From contig JAWOBN010000020.1 of assembly GCA_046484245.1 (NCBI GenBank), forward strand, positions 1 to 10,286: DNA of 10,286 nt, in the 5' to 3' direction. Position numbers and translations under genes: made by a program. Positions 6,008 through 10,286 of this stretch are shown here, piece by piece. Below the pieces are notes generated by a model that saw only the letters and a list, made by a program, of their open reading frames with translations, had not been told where the DNA came from and did no database searches. Each line of letters opens with the position of its first letter. Within the stretch, counting starts at the first letter, position 1. The DNA comes from a bacterium. GTDB taxonomy: Bacteria > Hydrothermota > 32-111.

Positions 6008-7540
6008 ATGGGCAAAACAGTAGGATACATCAGAAAAAATAGGCTGATTCCAATGCATGTAGGAGAGGACTACTCCGGACTGGAGCCTGTTTACAGTGAT
6101 ACTATACACGGTAAATATATTATAAGGCATTCACTCATCACACTTCTCAGATTCATAGTTAACTCAATGTTTGACGATGGGGTTCTCAAGGTGGAGCATA
6201 CTGTCAGCGGCGGATTGTACTGTGAAATATACTCCAGTGTACTCATATCGTCACAGGATATTGAGGAAATCAATAAAAAGCTGATTCAGATCATTGAAAA
6301 GGATGAGGAGCTGGAATCGCGGTACAAAACAAGAGACGAATTGATGGAGATATTTGCAGGTGACAAGGAAAAGAAGAATCTGATGAAGTACTCCAATTGT
6401 GAAGGCGCTTTCTACTGCAATTATCACAATATTGAGGATTTCTTCCATACTCCGCTTGTTGCTTCAACAGGGATGCTTCAGGGTGCCTATGTGAAGTATT
6501 ATCCCCCCGGTATTATCATATATCATGATGAGAAATTTGAGAAGGAGAAACAGGAGAAACTCTTCAATATATTCCTTGAATCAGAAAAATGGGCAAAGAT
6601 ACTCGGCTGGGAGAAGGTTGACCTTCTCAATAAATCCACAAAGTCAAAGGACCTCAATCAATTGATTCATGTGGCTGAAGCACTGCATGAGAAAAAGATT
6701 GTGGATATTGCCAATCTCATAAATGAGAGAAGGGGAGAACTTAATCTCATAACCATTGCAGGCCCGTCATCCTCAGGCAAGACTACATTTCTCAAGCGGC
6801 TTGCAGTCCAGCTCAGGGTGCTGGGCATTTCGGTCATGGGCGTATCACTGGATGATTACTTTGTTGACAGGGAGAAGACACCGATTGATGAGAACGGCGA
6901 ACCGGATTTTGAATCAATTGAATCAATTGACCTGGAATTATTCAATAGAAATGTAGGAGACCTTATAACCGGCAGAGAGGTCCATCTGCCTGAATTTGAC
7001 TTTCAGACAGGCAAGAGAAAATTCAAGAAGAAACTGGCAAGAATAGATAAGAATACAATCATTATTATAGAGGGCATTCACGGTCTCAATGAACGCCTCA
7101 CAGAGGGTGTTCCCAAGAGCAAGAAACTCAAGATATATGTCAGTGCACTGACTCAGATAAATCTGGACCATTCACACCGAATATCAACAACTGATAACAG
7201 GCTTATGAGAAGAATTGTCAGGGACTATCTCTTCAGGAATCATTCTGTGGATCAGACATTTGAAATGTGGGGCAGTGTGAGAAAGGGGGAGGAACGCAAT
7301 ATATTCCCCTTCCAGGAAGAGGCTGATGTGATGTTCAACTCTTCACTCCTCTATGAATTCTCTGTTCTGAAGAATTTTGCAGAACCCCTTCTCAAGGGTG
7401 TTGAAGAGGATAAGCCGTATTATCTCAATGCGCAGAGACTGCTGTTCACTCTGTCATTCTTCAATCCCATTACACCGGAGATGATACCGCGCACATCAGT
7501 GGTCAGGGAATTCATCGGCGGCTCCAGTTTTGATTATTGA
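6008..7540 (+). CDS. Nucleoside kinase (uridine kinase/PRK family) with N-terminal threonyl-tRNA synthetase-like domain
   Basis: P-loop IAGPSSSGKTT, SLDDYF, PDFES, IIEGIHGLN, STTDNRLMRRIVRD, GEERNIFPFQE and FIGGS. The N-terminal YIIRHSLITLL...VEHTVSGGLYCEI resembles the ThrRS/AlaRS common (N2) domain found in this fusion family. SD AAGGA at 5997-6001. Confidence 0.88.
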   Translation: MGKTVGYIRKNRLIPMHVGEDYSGLEPVYSDTIHGKYIIRHSLITLLRFIVNSMFDDGVLKVEHTVSGGLYCEIYSSVLISSQDIEEINKKLIQIIEKDEELESRYKTRDELMEIFAGDKEKKNLMKYSNCEGAFYCNYHNIEDFFHTPLVASTGMLQGAYVKYYPPGIIIYHDEKFEKEKQEKLFNIFLESEKWAKILGWEKVDLLNKSTKSKDLNQLIHVAEALHEKKIVDIANLINERRGELNLITIAGPSSSGKTTFLKRLAVQLRVLGISVMGVSLDDYFVDREKTPIDENGEPDFESIESIDLELFNRNVGDLITGREVHLPEFDFQTGKRKFKKKLARIDKNTIIIIEGIHGLNERLTEGVPKSKKLKIYVSALTQINLDHSHRISTTDNRLMRRIVRDYLFRNHSVDQTFEMWGSVRKGEERNIFPFQEEADVMFNSSLLYEFSVLKNFAEPLLKGVEEDKPYYLNAQRLLFTLSFFNPITPEMIPRTSVVREFIGGSSFDY

Positions 7541-7566
7541 TATACTGAATAAGTGATTTCAGTGTG
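7541..7566 (+). terminator. Stem-loop immediately after the kinase stop codon (possible terminator or 3' stabiliser)
   Basis: TATACTGAA / TTCAGTGTG 9-bp stem with two G-U pairs. There is no following U-tract, so it is not a canonical intrinsic terminator. Confidence 0.3.
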
Positions 7567-7631
7567 TGCCCTAATGTCTTTTGACACATATGGTGTTTCC
7601 CAAAAAACTTATCCCCGGTTCAACAATTCCC

Positions 7632-7867
7632 CGTCTTTCCTCATAAGAAAAAGTCACTGAATATAATTATTATGTAATGTTTGAGTTCTTGATAAAAAAG
7701 CATTGAGCATAGTGATTGATGTAATGACAGTGAGGCTCACACATTCTCATCAGCACCGAATTACCGGTTATGCACGGGTTGGCAAAGGCGCTTTCTGAGA
7801 ACTGTCCTCGCCTCATATCTTTTATGAGGAAACATATGTCTTTCAAGTACTTTATTTTTGAGGAATA
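7632..7867. repeat. ~236-bp dispersed intergenic repeat, copy 2 (same orientation as copy 1)
   Basis: Aligns to 82-318 with offset 7550 (7549 after a 1-bp indel near 7817). Confidence 0.95.
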
Positions 7868-7877
7868 ACAATCCACC

Positions 7878-7908
7878 TATTGATTAATCAATATTGAGGT
7901 ATTATAAT
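7878..7908 (+). promoter_or_regulatory. ABC operon promoter with a perfect 16-bp palindrome (candidate operator) over the -35
   Basis: Palindrome TATTGATTAATCAATA (7878-7893). TTGATT (7880-7885) - 17 bp - TATAAT (7903-7908). Confidence 0.6.
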
Positions 7909-7962
7909 ATACCAAAGGTTTACTCTATTAAGGCGCAAATCCTGTATCAAGGAGGTGGACAG

Positions 7963-8670
7963 ATGGCATTACTGGAACTCAGTAAGATCAAGAAAGTATA
8001 TGATCAGGGGAAGATTGAAGTGCATGCATTGCGGGGTATTGACCTTCAAGTGGAAGAGGGAGAGTTCACAACAGTATTCGGGCCCTCGGGATCAGGCAAG
8101 ACAACATTGCTCAATCTGATAGGATGTCTGGACAGACCAACTGAAGGTTCAATTACTTTCAATGGCAAACCATTGGGTGAATCAAGCAAAAGGGAGCTTG
8201 CAATGATAAGGCGGTTCAATATGGGCTTTGTATTTCAGAGCCATAATTTGATCCCCGTGCTCACTGCATATGAGAATGTTGAGTTTGCCATACGTCTGAC
8301 AAAGAAATACTCAAGAAAACAGCAGCATGAAAGGGTTATGAAATCTCTTGCAGAGGTCGGGCTTGACGGACTGGAACAGAGAAGGCCCAATGAACTCTCC
8401 GGCGGGCAGAAGCAGAGAGTGGCAATAGCCCGGGCACTGGTGAAGGAACCGAAATTAGTGCTTGCTGATGAACCTTCTGCCAGTCTGGATTCCACGACAA
8501 GCAAAGAGGTGCTTGAGGTAATGCTCAAGATGAATGAGACACTGGGTACTACCTTTGTATTTTCCACGCATGACCCCCTTGTAATGGAATATGCCAGGCG
8601 GCTCCTTGAGATAAGGGATGGTAAAATTTCAGAAGACAAGAAGAAGGAGAGTAACAATGTTTCTTATTAA
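7963..8670 (+). CDS. ABC transporter ATP-binding protein (LolD/MacB-type)
   Basis: Walker A GPSGSGKTT, Q-loop GFVFQ, signature LSGGQKQRVAIARA, Walker B VLADEP and H-loop STHD. ATG 7963 follows SD AAGGAGGT, so it is preferred over the ORF-track TTG at 7894. Confidence 0.95.
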   Translation: MALLELSKIKKVYDQGKIEVHALRGIDLQVEEGEFTTVFGPSGSGKTTLLNLIGCLDRPTEGSITFNGKPLGESSKRELAMIRRFNMGFVFQSHNLIPVLTAYENVEFAIRLTKKYSRKQQHERVMKSLAEVGLDGLEQRRPNELSGGQKQRVAIARALVKEPKLVLADEPSASLDSTTSKEVLEVMLKMNETLGTTFVFSTHDPLVMEYARRLLEIRDGKISEDKKKESNNVSY

Positions 8671-9886
8671 ACTTGCTGTAAAGAATCTAATCCGTCACCG
8701 TGTGAGAACCATTATTACAGCAGGCATTATAGCATTTGCCATATTCTTTTATATTCTCCTGGATTCACTAATACTGGGCATGACAGATATGTCATATGAC
8801 AGTATTATTGATTATCAGGCAGGCCATATACAGATAGTGAGTAAACAGTACTGGGAGGATAAGGATAAATTGCCTCTGGAGAATTTAATCAAGCCAGACA
8901 AGCCACTAATAGATAAAATAACCGGTGCTGAGGGATTCAAGGCATATTCCCCGGAACTGGATTTCAAATCCATGCTGAATAATGGAATGAATGAATTGCC
9001 TGTAACAGTAAAGGCAGTGCGTCCGGATAGATTCCCTGATGTTTATCCCATAGAAGATAAATTCGTTGAGGGCAGTATGTTTCAGGCAGGAGAGTACAGG
9101 GCAGTGCTGGGCAAGGAGTTGGCTGAATTGATGAAATTGGAAGCGGGGGACTATATTATTCTTCTTTTCAGGGATAAGAATGAAACATACAATACATTGG
9201 ATTTGGAGATATCCGGACTGATACACACTCCCAATCCCAATCTGAACCGTAATACGGTTATTGTGCCATTTGATATTGCAGGTGAGGCTCTTTCAACTGA
9301 TAATAAGGTAAGTCGTATAATTGTCCGTCTTGATAATAAGCATAGAGCAGCAGAAACAGGTGATGCATTGAAATCTCAAGTGGGCAATAATCCGGGCATC
9401 TATATCTGGAGTGAACTGGAGGCTGTATCAGTAGCAGGTGCAAAGAATATGGGCAATAATCTTATAATGATAATCATTCTGCTCATTGCAGGCATAGCAA
9501 TAATAAACACTGTAATACTTGCTGCTCTTGAGAGAATGGAAGAGATAGGCATGATGAAGGCAATGGGCCTTGAAGAGAGGGAAATTGTTTTCACATTTGT
9601 TATGGAATCCACAGGCATAGGTCTGCTTGGAGGTGTTATTGGTTTGATGCTGGGCTTTGTCGGCACACTGCTGCTTGTCAATATCGGACTGGACTGGTCT
9701 GCAATGCTCAATATGGATATGACGCAATACGGCATACCGGTAATAGGCACACTCTATGGTTCATGGAATCCCCGGGCATTTATACAGGTATTCCTCTTCG
9801 GAGTGATTGTATCCATGCTGTCAAGCATTCTGCCTGCATGGTGGGCTGCCAGTAAGGACCCTGTCAAGTCAATTTATCACAGATAG
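8657..9886 (+). CDS. ABC transporter permease (LolC/E, MacB-PCD + FtsX type)
   Basis: KLAVKNLIRHRVRT plus a TM helix, a large extracytoplasmic domain, then INTVILAALERMEEIGMMKAMG and LPAWWAASKDPV. ATG 8657 follows AAGGAG and overlaps the ATPase gene by 14 bp. Confidence 0.93.
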   Translation: MFLIKLAVKNLIRHRVRTIITAGIIAFAIFFYILLDSLILGMTDMSYDSIIDYQAGHIQIVSKQYWEDKDKLPLENLIKPDKPLIDKITGAEGFKAYSPELDFKSMLNNGMNELPVTVKAVRPDRFPDVYPIEDKFVEGSMFQAGEYRAVLGKELAELMKLEAGDYIILLFRDKNETYNTLDLEISGLIHTPNPNLNRNTVIVPFDIAGEALSTDNKVSRIIVRLDNKHRAAETGDALKSQVGNNPGIYIWSELEAVSVAGAKNMGNNLIMIIILLIAGIAIINTVILAALERMEEIGMMKAMGLEEREIVFTFVMESTGIGLLGGVIGLMLGFVGTLLLVNIGLDWSAMLNMDMTQYGIPVIGTLYGSWNPRAFIQVFLFGVIVSMLSSILPAWWAASKDPVKSIYHR

Positions 9887-9897
9887 GAGGAGTAAGA

Positions 9898-10286
9898 ATG
9901 GGATTTCTAATAAAACTCGGTTTCAAGAATCTGTTCAGGCATAAATTGAGGACATTTATTTCAATAGTGGCAATAGCCTTTTCTGTTCTGATTGTGGTAT
10001 TTGCGCGGGGTTATATCACAGGTCTGATTGATTCTGTTTCAGCAGACAATGTCCAGTACAATTCGGGACATATTAAGATTGTGAAAGAGAATTACCATGA
10101 GCAGTCCCGCCTACTGCCCCTTACTTATCCTGTTGACGGTTTCAATGGCAATGGACTTTCCGATATGATAAATACACTGGAAAATGTAGAGGGAGTGCAG
10201 TCAGCAATTCCCCGCCTGAAATTCGGGGCAATGGCCAGCAGGGAAGGGGAGATGATCAATATGATGGGCTGGGGCATTATTCCCGA
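9898..10286 (+). CDS. Second ABC permease (LolC/E-like), truncated by the window end
   Basis: Not in the ORF track. AGGAGG SD, then MGFLIKLGFKNLFRHKLRTFISIVAIAFSVLIVVFARGY...SGHIKIV..., paralogous to the N-terminus of the previous permease and open to the window end. Confidence 0.92.
   Translation, partial: MGFLIKLGFKNLFRHKLRTFISIVAIAFSVLIVVFARGYITGLIDSVSADNVQYNSGHIKIVKENYHEQSRLLPLTYPVDGFNGNGLSDMINTLENVEGVQSAIPRLKFGAMASREGEMINMMGWGIIP

Noticed and set aside
7609..7626. DnaA-box-like TTATCCCCG
   Set aside because: Two mismatches to TTATCCACA and no cluster of boxes.
82..7867. Composite transposon or genomic island bounded by the two repeats
   Set aside because: The enclosed genes are unrelated and include a tRNA and a housekeeping-like kinase. 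There is no transposase or integrase, no outer target duplication and no duplicated tRNA 3' end.
7894..7962. Upstream TTG start for the ABC ATPase
   Set aside because: It lies within the predicted promoter, whereas ATG 7963 has a strong SD and matches the family N-terminus.
557..9750. Short overlapping or antisense ORFs in the track (e.g. 557-820, 2080-2436, 3308-3550, 5115-5381, 8235-8657, 9400-9750)
   Set aside because: They are shadows of well-supported genes and have no recognisable motifs.
1..10286. CRISPR array
   Set aside because: No regularly spaced short direct repeats. The only periodicity is the coding 120-bp TPR unit.

Overview
Bacterial chromosomal window with an AT-rich appearance. 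In order it contains: a ~237-bp non-coding repeat (copy 1); a promoter-driven ~75-nt structured RNA or 12-codon leader; a probably leaderless wHTH + GHKL/HATPase-like gene translationally coupled to a macrodomain (YmdB-like) gene; a convergent SAM methyltransferase; a TPR protein with nine 40-aa repeats; a secreted agmatine/peptidylarginine deiminase-family protein with a T9SS-type C-terminal domain; tRNA-Thr(CGT) directly followed by a ThrRS-like-domain/uridine kinase-family fusion; repeat copy 2; and a LolD/LolCE (MacB/FtsX)-type ABC operon with a perfect palindrome over its -35. The least explained elements are the dispersed repeat (identical ends, inverted termini, 85-nt minus-strand hairpin), the small RNA or leader at 361-435, and the tRNA-Thr / ThrRS-like kinase pairing. 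All calls come from reading the sequence by eye. No searches or folding programs were run.
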